Below, piece by piece: positions 1-11,302 of a stretch of DNA of 18,367 bases. The DNA is from Bugula neritina (Eukaryota > Animalia > Bryozoa): assembly GCA_964035545.1 (NCBI GenBank), contig CAXIUT010000168.1, forward strand, positions 1 to 18,367, read 5' to 3'. The notes under the pieces were generated by a model. It worked only from the letters and a program-made list of their open reading frames with translations. It searched no databases and had not been told where the DNA came from. The position numbers and the translations under genes are program-made. Position 1 is the stretch's first letter, and each line of letters starts with the position of its first letter.

Positions 1-94
1 CCCAACCCCCAACCCCAACCCCAACCCCAACCCCAACCCCAACCCCAACCCCAACCCCAACCCCAACCCCAACCCCAACCCCAACCCCAACCCC
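1..94 (+). repeat. Left telomere, (CCCCAA)n
   Basis: Tandem C4A2 hexamers from base 1 to 94, the Tetrahymena-type ciliate telomere repeat, with the C-rich strand 5' as expected for a left end. Confidence 0.98.
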
Positions 95-121
95 TCAATC
101 AAAGAAAATAATTAACATCAT

Positions 122-520
122 TCAATAAAAATAATTACCTTAACAATATAATTTACATATTATTAGAGAAATTAATTTCAAATGTTAAATTTAAAATATT
201 TATTTCAATCTTTTGAACTAGTTCTTATTTATTTTTACTTTTTTGAATTTATAAAAATGTATTGTATGTTTTTGAGAGTTTTTCAACTTATTTATTGTCT
301 ATATCAAAAGAAATTCGATAAAATCATAAAATTACATTAATTGTTTGATTTATATTACTTAGTTCTATTTAAAGATTTATTTTATGAAATTTATTTGGAT
401 TGATATAAATAATTTTTATTTTAAATAAACTTACTTTTTAGTTTTATCACTCAATGATTAAATTTTGAAATAAATTTAAATAGTTATGATTGATTCAATT
501 ATGTAATTGATATGGTACAT
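122..520 (-). CDS. Possible 132-aa hypothetical protein (subtelomeric)
   Basis: ATG at 520, open to TGA at 124-122 with TAR=Glu (MYHINYIIESIITIEIYFKIESLSDK...). Divergent from the next gene with a 52-nt gap. Extremely AT-rich with no motif, so it could be a chance ORF. Confidence 0.3.
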
Positions 521-572
521 TTATTTTAATTTCTTATAAGCAACTTAAAATTACATTAATTGAATATTATTA

Positions 573-3096
573 ATGTAAATGTAATAGCAAACATAGCAAG
601 GATAACGTTTCCTCAATGAACTAGCGTAGATATTTAATTATTTAGAATCATCAGTTAGTAGATAAAAAACCATTCAGGGTTTGAAGCAATTGAACTATTC
701 AATAAATTTATCAATCTCTATATCAACCAACAAAAATATTCTGAAGACTTCTTCATGTACCCATCTTCATAACAAGGACTCTTTGTTAACATAATATCCT
801 TCCAAGACTATTCAATCTCAATCTCAAAAACCCTAATACTATACATATTCTTTAAACTTTCAATCTCTTACTGTTCAACTCATCAAAAATGAATCACCTT
901 GTCTTCATCTTCTCTCAATCAGCTTTCCATGAATTCTTCTTCTAAAAAATAAGAACTAAAAAAGAAAATTGTGAGACAGTGTAGTACTACATCCAAATGA
1001 TAAAATCAATATTAATGAAAATATCAGGTAAGAATAACCTTTCTCTGATAAAACTCTTCTTCAACTCTCGCTTCCCAGACTTCCCCCTTCTCAGTACAGT
1101 CGCTACCCTTGCAGTAGATTACTAACAAGAGGAACTAGTAAGAGTAACGGCTAATCAATGCGTATTACTCATCATTCAATTGTTAAACAAATTAAAATTA
1201 GGAGTATAATATCTCTCAGAAATGCAAATGGTTGTCTACTACCACGAACTAACTTCGAATTTATTTATCAATCAAAGTAAAGATTAACAGTGCTAAGGTG
1301 TCAAGTTTATTATTGATTTAATTCTTTCACTTAAAGATAACGCAGTCAGTAAATCAATTCTGATGAACCTTTTAACTAATCACCTCCTTTTCAGCTATGC
1401 TGGTGAGTTACATAAAATGATCTCTTTTGTCTCCCTCCTCTTTCGCTAAATGAGTTAACATCACCTGTTTCCAAGTTAATTCAAATAATAAATAGTTCTT
1501 ATCCTTTTCAGAATTATATCTAAATACCACCTAGCTCCCTCTTTCAACTACACCTATCACTCAGCACAAAAAGTTCTTATCAAACTATCTCCCCCAGAAA
1601 AACCATCTCTGAATAAATTTTATAAAGAACGTTGCAAAAAAATAGAATAGTATCTCATACAAGACACTCTCATTCTCGAAGACTACAAATAATACTAATT
1701 CGTTTATGAAGAATACATTCACTTTAACACCAGAACATACTAATCATTACCCATAAGAAACTATAAAACAAATCCTAGAAGTGCTTTTGAATAATTTTTC
1801 ACAAGCAAAGAAGAAATGGTTCATTAGTATGTCAAATCAGTGATGGTACTAGCAGGTCTAGCCCCCTAAAAATACAGATAGCCCATCCATAAGCTATCAT
1901 ATAGTGCTAATTATCAAACAGCTCTCTATTTAATGGAATATGTTAGTTATAAGTTCAGTAATAGATTCTAAAAAAATAAATATGGACATGATAAATTCAT
2001 GAGAGATGAAATTTGGTAGATAAAAATTAATTAAAATTTGCTTGTTTAAATCTATTCTGTTTGCAATAAAATATTCAAACAGAGAAAACCTATTTTTACT
2101 AGTTAGAAAAAAATATCTACTTAAGGAAAAATATTAAAATAATCTAGAATTTTCAAATAATCAAAAAATTATAAATTATTAGCCAAAAGTTCATCGAAAT
2201 AATCCCAATAATCAGAAGATAATGGTATTTTATTAGGTTTTAAACATTTTGTTAAATAATTAAAACCTATTCTAACTTCCAAATTTTGTTAAGTTTTATC
2301 AAGTCACACAGGTAAGCCAGAAATAAATTAATTAGTTTTAATATCTTCTATTAGTTCTCAAATCAAATCTAAAAAATATATCACAGAGTAACAACTACAA
2401 AGTCTTTTGAATAAGTTAAAAAATATACAAATCTGTATTACTTAAGATATTTTCAGTTAATAAAACTTTCATTTTGTCTTCAAATATCTTAATAAAGGAA
2501 AATAAAAAACAATTCTTAGAAAAATATAAAAAGGAAGTGAGAATGAATCACCTTTATCTCCAAAAAAGAAGTTTCATCAAATCAAATCGAGAATTTAAGG
2601 CAACTTTATACAATATTAAGTTATCAAAAAACTTATTGATAGTTCTGTGCAAAGTTTAGCATAATTTATGAAAGATTTTTGGTTCAATAGATTTTATTCC
2701 CAAAAAGATTAAGCCCAATTTCCTGTCACACAATTTCTTTACAAAGATTCTAATGGTTCGTTACTTGAAGTTATAGCAGATACAAACTTCGATTTTTCTC
2801 TTAAAAAAAGTAAACATAATCATGATACTGTATTTTATTCGATAACTCGAGATGACTGTAATTATGATTAAAAAAACCCTACTTATCTTTCATTTGATAG
2901 CAATACATTCTTAATTGATTTAGAAACATTAGAAAAGGCTTCAAATTTTAGAGAAGATTTGAAAAAATTAAGAAAAGAAAGAACTGAACTCATAATGAAT
3001 GGAATTTTGGAGTATCTAACTTTTAGCTTCTAAAGTCTTGTTATCATAAGTAAAATTAAAGTTAGCAATAATCAGGAAATAATGACTCCGCAATGA
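573..3096 (+). CDS. FPL-domain protein, CLEC16A/TT9/GOP-1-like (~827 aa)
   Basis: Exons 573-625, 646-756 and 777-3096, with two 20-nt introns needed for frame. Contains FFMTLCEHNIL...ETVEYYIQMIKSILMK...LFFNSRFPDFPLLST...ELVRVTA, matching the FPL domain pattern. The last exon has ~770 codons free of TGA. Confidence 0.8.
626..645 (+). other. 20-nt spliceosomal intron
   Basis: gtagatatttaattatttag; removal joins ATG 573 to the next exon frame. Confidence 0.75.
757..776 (+). other. 20-nt spliceosomal intron
   Basis: gtacccatcttcataacaag; removal restores the FPL-domain frame (FFM/TLCEHN). Confidence 0.8.
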
Positions 3097-3147
3097 TACA
3101 TTCATAAGTTTAGATAACTTATTTATAAAAATTAATAACCAAATAAA

Positions 3148-4479
3148 TCAAGAGTGATAGGGACTAAATAATAATGAAGATTTTGGAATACAATTTTTAT
3201 GTCCAACTTTTTTCTTCGCATTCTCTTTTTTTGAATTATTTTCAATTACAATATCAAGCTACTAGCTTTTTTATAAAAAAATATGTAAATTTTTAACTGC
3301 TTGTTCATCCAATTTGCTTTCTTCATCCTTTTTGCCCTTCTTCCAACAACCTTTGTATGATAACTTTTCACTTCCTTTCTTAACAATATAAAATTAACCA
3401 TATCCTTATCTGAAATCATCTCGAAACTATCCCTTATATATTTGCTTTCCTTTCCAATAGTAGATTCCTAATCCCTATTTCTTGTCTAATCTATAGTTTC
3501 CCTTAAAACTTTCATTTTAATCCTCCCAAATTCCATAACCGTGCCTTACTCCCTGCTTAAAATCTCCTCTGTAGACACTACCATCAGCCCAAAAGTATTA
3601 TCCATATCCCTATGCCATACTATTGACATATTATCCTAAATATAAAAAATTATACCTACATATCTATCTTTATTTCCAAATTTTTACTATCCGAATCCGA
3701 ATTTAAGTCCATTTACAAACTGTCCCTAGTACCGATCTTTACTCACATGAATACCTGAACCATGAGGTAGTCCTGCATGCCAATTACCTACATATATTTA
3801 GTTATTAGTAAACCAATAAAAAGCTCCAGGACCATGCTTAAGTCCTTCTTTGAAAGTTCCAATATAAGTATTGCCATTAGCCTGCAGTTAATATCCCTTG
3901 CCGCAGCGACTACCATTATGATAGATTCCTTAGAACACATTACCATTATTCAGAAGTGATACTGACTGTCCATTAAATGTACTTTACTGCTCTTCCATGT
4001 CAATATACTTAGAAGCATCTTTCTATTTGTACTATTAAACCAGATGAATACCATTTTAATCCTAGACTAGAGATGCTACAAACTCACCATCTTCATTTTT
4101 TAAACGTTATTAATCAAATTTGAAAGTCTACATGTTACAGAAAGGATAATTTTCTAAGATCTATTCAGATGTATAATTTTTATTCCTGCATTTCTTTAAA
4201 TAAAGTAACTTTTCCTGACCCTTAATTCTTACTTCTTATGATATCACTGTCTTCTCTTAATGAACTTCTAATTCAATATGATTTTAACTCTTCTATTTTT
4301 TTAGAGAAGGAGGTGATATTTTTACTCCTTGCTTACCTATATATATCTTAAACTACCTAGATAAAAGACTCTTTACCTACTTGAACAGCATTTTTCTTTG
4401 TTTTCTTTGTTGACGATAGAAACAACTCATTAGGATCATTTTTCATAGGAGAAAATTCGAAAGAGCTGTCGTTCTACAT
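3148..4479 (-). CDS. MORN-repeat protein (~420 aa)
   Basis: About 9 MORN units, e.g. FEGIYHNGSRCGKG, YIGTFKEGLKHGPG, YEGQFVNGLKFGFG, YRGDFKQGVRHGYG, YKGEFRDDFREGYG. 20-nt intron at 3636-3655; TGA at 3150-3148. The 5' structure is uncertain: ATG 4479 plus splicing around 4337-4376, or an unspliced start at ATG 4439. Confidence 0.9.
3636..3655 (-). other. 20-nt spliceosomal intron
   Basis: gtataattttttatatttag; removal restores a MORN repeat (YVGEYVNSMAEGYG). Confidence 0.92.
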
Positions 4480-4527
4480 ATTATTATTGCACTACAATTA
4501 TTATTAATTCGTTTAAAATTATAGAAA
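4480..4527. promoter_or_regulatory. Putative bidirectional promoter (48 nt between divergent ATGs)
   Basis: AT-rich spacer between the minus-strand ATG at 4479 and the plus-strand ATG at 4528. Confidence 0.5.
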
Positions 4528-5589
4528 ATGATTCCATCAATACAAGAACAACAGGAGTCTGGATTCTTTTCCAAAAGTCCTAACAGTCACCACCAAGACG
4601 AAGACTCTCTTTCAATAATGAATAAAATAGCTAATTTTATCGACTCAAGACAAATTTCTATTTTCGATTTCTGGAAATCTAATCGCAATTGGGCTTCTGC
4701 TACAGATATTGCAGGTTTTTGTAAAATTTGTGGTCTAAACTTGCCTGAATATGATGTAGTTAATCTCAAAAGTTAAATCTTCAATCAGAAGTAAACTGTT
4801 TATGTTGACCAATTTGCATATCATATTCCATTCTGGTAGTCCCAATAAAAAGATACAGTGGCTGAATTTCTTAAACAAAGATCAGATCTACTTTTAACAA
4901 AACTACAAACTAAATAAAAGAAAAGACCTCAAAGTGGATTTCCTGTCAATAGATTATCTTCTGAATTCAAAAGACCATTCACAGGAAAAGATTCAGGAAA
5001 CCAGATCAGATTAGAATCCGCAGGAAAATCTAGACATAACTCAAGTGGAACTATTAAAAAGTCGTAAACAAGATCAATTTTAAACAAAAATAATTCAAGA
5101 GATTATCTGAAAAGATATAAAGATAAAGAATTAAATAGATAAAAATAACTACACGACAACATTGAAAAAAATAAAATTGATGAAGAGTATGCTATGCTTC
5201 TTAAAATGAGTGAACTCAATACTATCAATAAAGAAAGAGGAAATAATACTACATATAGAGCATATAAAAGTGCTTAAGGTGTTATTAAAGTAAGAGTATT
5301 CAATCTTAACAAATTTGAAAAAGAAATCTCTTTGAATGAGTTTGATACTGTCTTCAAAAATTTCAAAAAAACCAGTAATTAGAATAAAGATTGGACTATA
5401 GTACCTCAAACTCAACAACAAAAGCTAACAGATTAGCTTCAAACTCTAAAAAATAGAAATGTTCAAAAATCTGAAAGACAGCAAGAACTCAAAAACTTAT
5501 TAGTAGGAACAGTGAATCTGACTAATCTTCTCAAAGAACAAATCAAAATCTTTAAAGAGAAAGGTATTTTAGGTTGTTAAAATCTATGA
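4528..5589 (+). CDS. Hypothetical protein (353 aa)
   Basis: Uninterrupted ORF with TAR=Glu: MIPSIQEQQESGFF...KRPQSG...EQIKIFKEKGILGCENL-TGA. It extends the supplied 82-aa ORF. Confidence 0.85.
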
Positions 5590-5629
5590 TATTCATCTTC
5601 TATATTGTTTAAGATTAGTAAATATTTAA

Positions 5630-6163
5630 TCATCTATAATACCTTTCCTTCATTGCAATCATCACTCGATGAGCTGTATCCAACTAGTAATCAAGTCTTA
5701 AATTCTCTCTAGAAGATAACTATTGCATCATCTATTATTGACGAAATGCCTCTTCAGCTTATCTTTGTCTTGCATATAAAGCCATATTTGCTTGATGCTC
5801 TTCTCTAATAGTTTGTTCCTGGATTAAAGCATGTCGACGATTCATTATTTCTGTTTATTACAATGCCTTCTGATTTTCTTTTCGCAGCTGAAAAGCTGAT
5901 TATAAACGAGAACGATTCATACTGCTTTCGGCTTTAGCTCTTACTGCTGATAACTCAGCTGATAGTCTTGATCTTTAAAGAAAAGCTGATGTTTATTGAT
6001 CTTCGATCTTTCTTGATTGTCTTGAAATAGATTTTTTATCATAAGAAGTAAACTGAGAATTCTCAAGAACACTTTTTTCGTGTAGTTCAGCTGATATTTT
6101 CTTCTTTTAAAGATCAGACTCTTCTTAGAGATTGCGAATATGACTTTGATAATAATAGGACAT
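5630..6163 (-). CDS. Charged alpha-helical / coiled-coil protein (177 aa)
   Basis: MSYYYQSHIRNLEEESDLEKKK...ERSRLSAELSAVRAKAESSMNRSRLESAF...MKERYYR-TGA; no introns needed. Confidence 0.85.
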
Positions 6164-6237
6164 TAAAAATAAATTATATTTGATAAAGTTATATAATTAT
6201 TATATAGTTAAAAATTTTTTCTTATTTATCTAAACAA

Positions 6238-7002
6238 TCAGATGAGATTACTTTAATTCTCTTCTTTTTTCTTTTTATTCTTTCTTTTTTTCTTATTTTT
6301 AAAATCATTTAGCCCATTTTTAGCTATCTTTGAAAATATTTCTTAGAACTAGCTGACTTCTCTTTTTGATTTTTCATATTTCTAAGCTTGTTTGTAGTTT
6401 GACCAGTAAATCTTAAAAGATTACTAAATATCTTTTTATTTCAAAGCTTCAGTCATAGTTTCAATAGTTTTTTATAGCTAAATAAATCTTTTCCTTTGAT
6501 ATTTATTGGTCTCTACTAACTTTTCTTTTTTAGAAAGTAACTACTTGATTCTTATTTCCCACTTTGTTTTGATTTTATCAAATAAAGATAGTTATTTTAC
6601 CATAACTAACATTTTAGGGAAAACTCCCATATTTTTATTTCTATAAATCTTGTTTATTTCTTCTCTTAAAAAGCCTAATCGTTGTATATTTTTTGTAACC
6701 TCTATAAATGTCTACCTAAAGCATTTTCATACCTTTCTAAACTAAGACAAACCTGTCTTAAAAATAGTATTAGAGGCTCTCTTATCCTCTAACTCCTATC
6801 TCGAACTTTCTCGCATCGAGATATGATTTGATTATTATATTTATGATTCAACTAGAGGTAGAAATTAATCGATGATTAACTGTCTAGGTGATTATTATCT
6901 AGGCAGTTCTTGAAAAGATTCAACTAGAAAAGGTACATCTAGCTAGTCAGCCTGAAACTAATTGATAGCAGGACTATCAAAGATATCATCGAGATCGTCC
7001 AT
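6238..7002 (-). CDS. Hypothetical protein, acidic N-terminus and basic C-terminal tail (~247 aa)
   Basis: MDDLDDIFDSPAINEF...KNKKKRKNKKKKEENESNLI-TGA. A 21-nt intron at 6712-6732 contains an in-frame TGA. Confidence 0.8.
6712..6732 (-). other. 21-nt intron with in-frame TGA
   Basis: gtatgaaaatgctttaggtag; removal deletes the only stop in the ORF. Confidence 0.8.
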
Positions 7003-7067
7003 TTTATTTGAATAAGTAAGATATTTTAATAATAAGTAGAGTAGCAATAAAATTAAAAATCATCATT

Positions 7068-7586
7068 TCAAACTGAATTATATTGAGAACTATATTTACC
7101 TTTCTTATTTTTCATCTTCAAAACATATTAATTAAGTACTATCTTAACTTAATTTAGTATTTATTATCGATGTTTTGATTGGTAAACTTCTTATGTTATA
7201 TCTTTGAATATCTATCTTTCACTTCCTGAAATACCTGATGATCTCAATGATTGTTCCGGTTAATATTCATAAGGACAAATATTTTCTTTATCATCCTCTC
7301 TGGAACTAATATGACTATCATGATCAAAAGTTGAAAAAGAGAGGAAACTTATCTGTTAGTGAGGAGATCTTAAAGGCTAACCTTTGTTATTCTCAAATTA
7401 TTTTATTTATCGTAGCTCTTGATCTTTAAAGTTTCTTTGTAGATGTTTGAAATGTTAATTTTCATTACTTTCTATACTCTCTTCGTACATATTCTCTTTA
7501 TTTTTGATACAATTCAAATAAGAGTTAGGTCTACTCTTGATATTACTAGTTTCTTTTGATTATGTAGTTCTGTATTGGTGTTGCAT
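7068..7586 (-). CDS. Hypothetical protein (~172 aa) with a KEN-box-like DKENICP motif
   Basis: MQHQYRTTESKETSNIKSRPNSY...DDKENICPYE...REIFKDITEE...NSV-TGA. Confidence 0.7.
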
Positions 7587-7689
7587 CGATAGATTTTGTT
7601 TTATATTATGCGCATATTATTCAGTTAAAACAATTTCAGTTATGATATATCATAATTGATCAGAATAACGGACAAAAATACAATAATAA

Positions 7690-8673
7690 TCACATACGGT
7701 TCGTGTTAAACCGGACCCTGCTTCCAAAATAAAGCTATCTTGGTGGTTATTAGTGTTTTTAATGAGGAATTTCAATCAGAAAGCTGTTTTTATTTCTCCA
7801 ACTCTCTTTTACAGAATGGTTATCAAAATATAACTTAGAACCTTGTGAATCAATTATCTTTTGTCCTCTATTCATATTTTTTTATTCTGCAAGTTTGTAT
7901 TGAAATTTGAGCGTTTAATTTTATTTTTCCAACTCTTCTATTCTTTTTTATAATCTATTAATCTTTTACTAATAGTATTTCTTCTCCTACTTCAATACTT
8001 TTTACTTTTTATTCAAAGTTTATTCGAAAGCTCTTTGAATTTTATCAATATCCTCACTATTCCTATTTTTAATTTATAAAACCTTCTTGTATTTCATCTC
8101 CAAACATTCATTCTATGACTTCAACTCATTAACTTTATCATGAAAATATCTAATTGCATCTTCTGATAGTTTACTTAGCTTATCCTTTTTCTTCTACATA
8201 TAATTCTGCGGCTATTATGTTGATCTAGAATATCCTGATTCAGAAATTAAGTATTTATTATGAGAAGGATTCATAATTCTGGATCGTCGTTATAAACTAG
8301 TATCTTATTTGATTTGAATATACTCTTCTTTAGATTCTCTAACACGTTGATGATCATGTTGAGAAAAAGATCGCTTATTTGAATTATTAAGTTTGTAAAA
8401 CGAAAGTTATGATTCTAATTTTTCTACTTTTTACTTCAGTTAATCATTTTCACTCAGAAGAAAAGGTATCTTCTTTATTAGTTTATTTGCCTCTTCATGG
8501 GGAACTTATTATACCTTTATTCCTTATTGATGTTTCCCTCTCGAATTATTCACTTTTGGAGAGCATGTAGTTAATTGAGGATCAAACTCTTAGACTGATC
8601 CTCTCGAGTCATAGACAATATTTGAAGATTGTTCGAGTGTCTTTCTAAGTTTAGATAAAATATTTTTGCTCAT
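7690..8673 (-). CDS. Coiled-coil protein (327 aa)
   Basis: MSKNILSKLRKTLEQSS...LLSENDELKEKVEKLESELS...KINRLEKRIEELEKENETLK...RFNTNRM-TGA; uninterrupted. Confidence 0.85.
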
Positions 8674-8716
8674 GTATGAATAAAAATTATTTAAAATATT
8701 AAACACAATTACAACA

Positions 8717-9742
8717 TCATTTCAGTTGATAATTAAATTTCTTCACCTCTTTAATCTATCCAGATCCAACTGTATACTTATCATAGTTAAAAATAGTAGA
8801 ACGATTACTTTATCTCTGATAACTAAACTTACTCATACTTTTCGAAGGCTGAATATGATCATAATTTCTTAATTAAATATTTTGGTTTAATTTTTGAGGT
8901 GCTTGAACAGGTATCGCTTGATAACTTTTGTATCTATTAACTTTAAAAGTTTGAAAAGATTAGTTTTCTTTACTTTTAGCAAATCTGACTGGTTTTCTTT
9001 CCTAATAACTTCTTTAAAATATTCTATTTTCTTATTTCAAAGGAATTAGATCATTACATTATCTTCTTTTATCAATGATTTCAGGATTTTTATTAGCAGA
9101 TATCTTCATAATTGGCTATTTTTCTAGAATTGGATTGTTTATATTCTGATTAAGTTTGTATTGATTATAACTCAACTGCAATTCATCATGTTTTCTGATA
9201 AACTACTAACATTTTCTATCCAAAGCTTGATATTTTTGTCTAATTATTTAATCTGAATTTTCTTTATTATCTAAAGTATCTTCAATAGGACTTTTCTTTA
9301 TTTTTAATTAAATTTTATCAAAAACAGATGACTTAAAACTTCCATTTACTTGCTTTGTTGATTATTAAAAATTTCTATCCTTATTTCTTTAACTAAGAGC
9401 TATTGGATTACGATTACTTTCTTGTAAAATATTAAAAGGAGTATCATTCATAACTTTATCATTTTAATCAGATTCAATACCTACAATATAAATCTTACTT
9501 TATTCTAAGAGTTAACTGATCTTCTACTTGATTGTTTTCGATAGATTTTAAGTTACTAAGATTAATTTGAACTGTTCTTCAAGACGATTCTTAACCCTAT
9601 CTTTAGATATAGATCTCCAAGTTACTGTTTGAGATAATTTATTAAGTAAATCATCCAAATTATCTTCTTAATGCACTCGAAGTTTCACTACTTGTTTGTC
9701 TATTTTCAAATTTATTGTAAAAACAGAGTGATTGCGACTCAT
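8717..9742 (-). CDS. Hypothetical protein (~340 aa)
   Basis: MSRNHSVFTINLKIDKQVVKLRVHEEDNLDDLLNKL...KFNYQLK-TGA. Possible in-frame 18-nt intron at 9481-9498. Confidence 0.8.
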
Positions 9743-9874
9743 TTTACAAGTAAAATTATTAAAAATCAACCGTATTAAAAAGAATTAATCAATGAAAAAT
9801 CAAAATTATCTTTTATGAAGAATTTAAATATTAAGAAAAGGTTTATGGTAGTTTAATAATATATCTTTTTAAAA
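9743..9874. promoter_or_regulatory. Putative bidirectional promoter (132 nt)
   Basis: AT-rich spacer between divergent ATGs at 9742 (-) and 9875 (+, LCMT1). Confidence 0.45.
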
Positions 9875-10942
9875 ATGCAGGAATAATACGATCTAAAAGT
9901 CGAAGACACCAATTAATAAGCACTTTCTTCTAAACTGTATATATTTCTCATTAAGCTCTGCCATAAAGTTAGGCTATATGGTGGACAACTATGCTGAATA
10001 GTTTACAAATTATCGAGGAAAAAGGGATATCATTATCCATCGAGGATATTGGGCAAGAGTACATATTGTTCGTAGACTCATCTAAAAAATGATTATTCAT
10101 GGTATTACATCTTCTAATGTAGGACAAAATGTTCAAATTATATCTTTAGGTAGTGGCCTTGATACCACCTGGTTCAATCTTATGGATTAAGGATTTAAAG
10201 ATAAACAATTTAAATATATTGAGCTTGACCTAGATATTGTGGTTCAAAGAAAAGTTCGAAAGATAAAGAAGTCTAAAAAACTAGGTCAACTCTTCTAAAA
10301 ACTCAATCTTACTCAAACCATTTCATGTATTTAAAAATATATCTTAGAGAACTAACAAATCTTTAAACTTGGTGATAAGTATTCCTTAGCTTCCTGCGAT
10401 ATCTCTAATTTACAACAATTTCAGTAGATTATTGAACACCATAAAATCGATCCTTCTCTGCCAACTCTGTTTGTCTGTGAATGTGTTCTCAGTTATATCA
10501 ATGCTGATCGAGTTGATGATTTAATAGCTTACATTAAAAAGCAATTCAATATGGCTTTCATTTTCGATTACTAGATGTATAACCCAAGCGATCGTTTTGG
10601 ACAAATGATGGTCAAGAACTTTAATCAACGAGGTTGCCCTTTAGTTGGAATCAATAAATATCCTTTATTCGCAAATCAACATGAAAGATACCAGAATGCT
10701 GGATGGCAAAGAACTTAAGTCTACACAATGAAGGATGTGTAAATTATCATTAATCTAGATATTATGAATGCATCGATAAGAATGAACGAATGAAAATATA
10801 AAAGATTTAAATGTTAGATTAATTCGAGGAATGGAATCTTATCATGGCTCACTACTTTGGATTACTAAGTGTAACATACAATGAAGAAGGATAAAAACAT
10901 CCAAGTTTTAAGTAACTTATGTAAAATGTCAAATTAAAGTGA
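9875..10942 (+). CDS. LCMT1: Leucine carboxyl methyltransferase 1 (PP2A methyltransferase, PPM1 family)
   Basis: Family motifs VEDTNEEALSSKLSAIKLGY, IIHRGYWARV, QIISLGSGLDTTWF, YIELD, PTLFVCECVLSYI, YEMYNPSDRFGQMMVKNF, RGCPL, IEKIEMLDEFEEWNLIMAHY. Frame-required introns at 9937-9955 (19 nt) and 10739-10758 (20 nt); probable in-frame introns at 10102-10122 and 10327-10347 (21 nt each). Confidence 0.95.
9937..9955 (+). other. 19-nt spliceosomal intron
   Basis: gtatatatttctcattaag; removal restores the LCMT1 SKLSAIKLGY motif. Confidence 0.92.
10739..10758 (+). other. 20-nt spliceosomal intron
   Basis: gtaaattatcattaatctag; removal restores LCMT1 MKDVYYECID..ER. Confidence 0.9.
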
Positions 10943-11010
10943 TATTAAACAGTCAACTTCATCTTAAACCCTATAAATATACACTATATGATAATATAAT
11001 TTAAATTTAG

Positions 11011-11220
11011 ATGAATAACTTGCCTGGTTTAGGAGGAATCCGCTAAAACGAACAACAAGAAATCAGAGATGCTCTGGAGCAAGCATTCCAAATCAGCAAC
11101 TATCTTAAGTGCGGTGTAGATAAGAGTACTCTTGCCATTATGATCAATTTGGTGTAAAATGGAGCTAAACCTGAACATATTGCTATGATAGTATCTTAGA
11201 TAAAAAGAGCTCCACAATGA
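11011..11220 (+). CDS. MZT1: MOZART1 / gamma-tubulin ring complex-associated microprotein (69 aa)
   Basis: MNNLPGLGGIRENEQQEIRDALEQAFQISNYLKCGVDKSTLAIMINLVENGAKPEHIAMIVSEIKRAPQ matches the MOZART1 pattern (IS..L..GLD..TL..C..L.E.G..PE.L..V..EL). Confidence 0.9.
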
Positions 11221-11302
11221 ATGATAGTTGATAATTTTTATCTAAATAATTTGGATAGATTTATCTGTCTTTATTGAATTTATAATTGAAATTATTGATA
11301 AA

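Noticed and set aside
930-974. In-frame TGAs in the first gene, suggesting TGA=Trp and a stopless code
   Set aside because: They are in the wrong frame. Two 20-nt introns put the gene in the FPL-domain frame, which has no TGA. All Trp codons read in LCMT1 and the MORN repeats are TGG.
9875-11220. Standard ciliate code (TAR=Gln) or split code (TAA=Lys, TAG=Glu)
   Set aside because: Both TAA and TAG occupy conserved Glu positions, e.g. LD[TAA]FEEW and Y[TAG]G.
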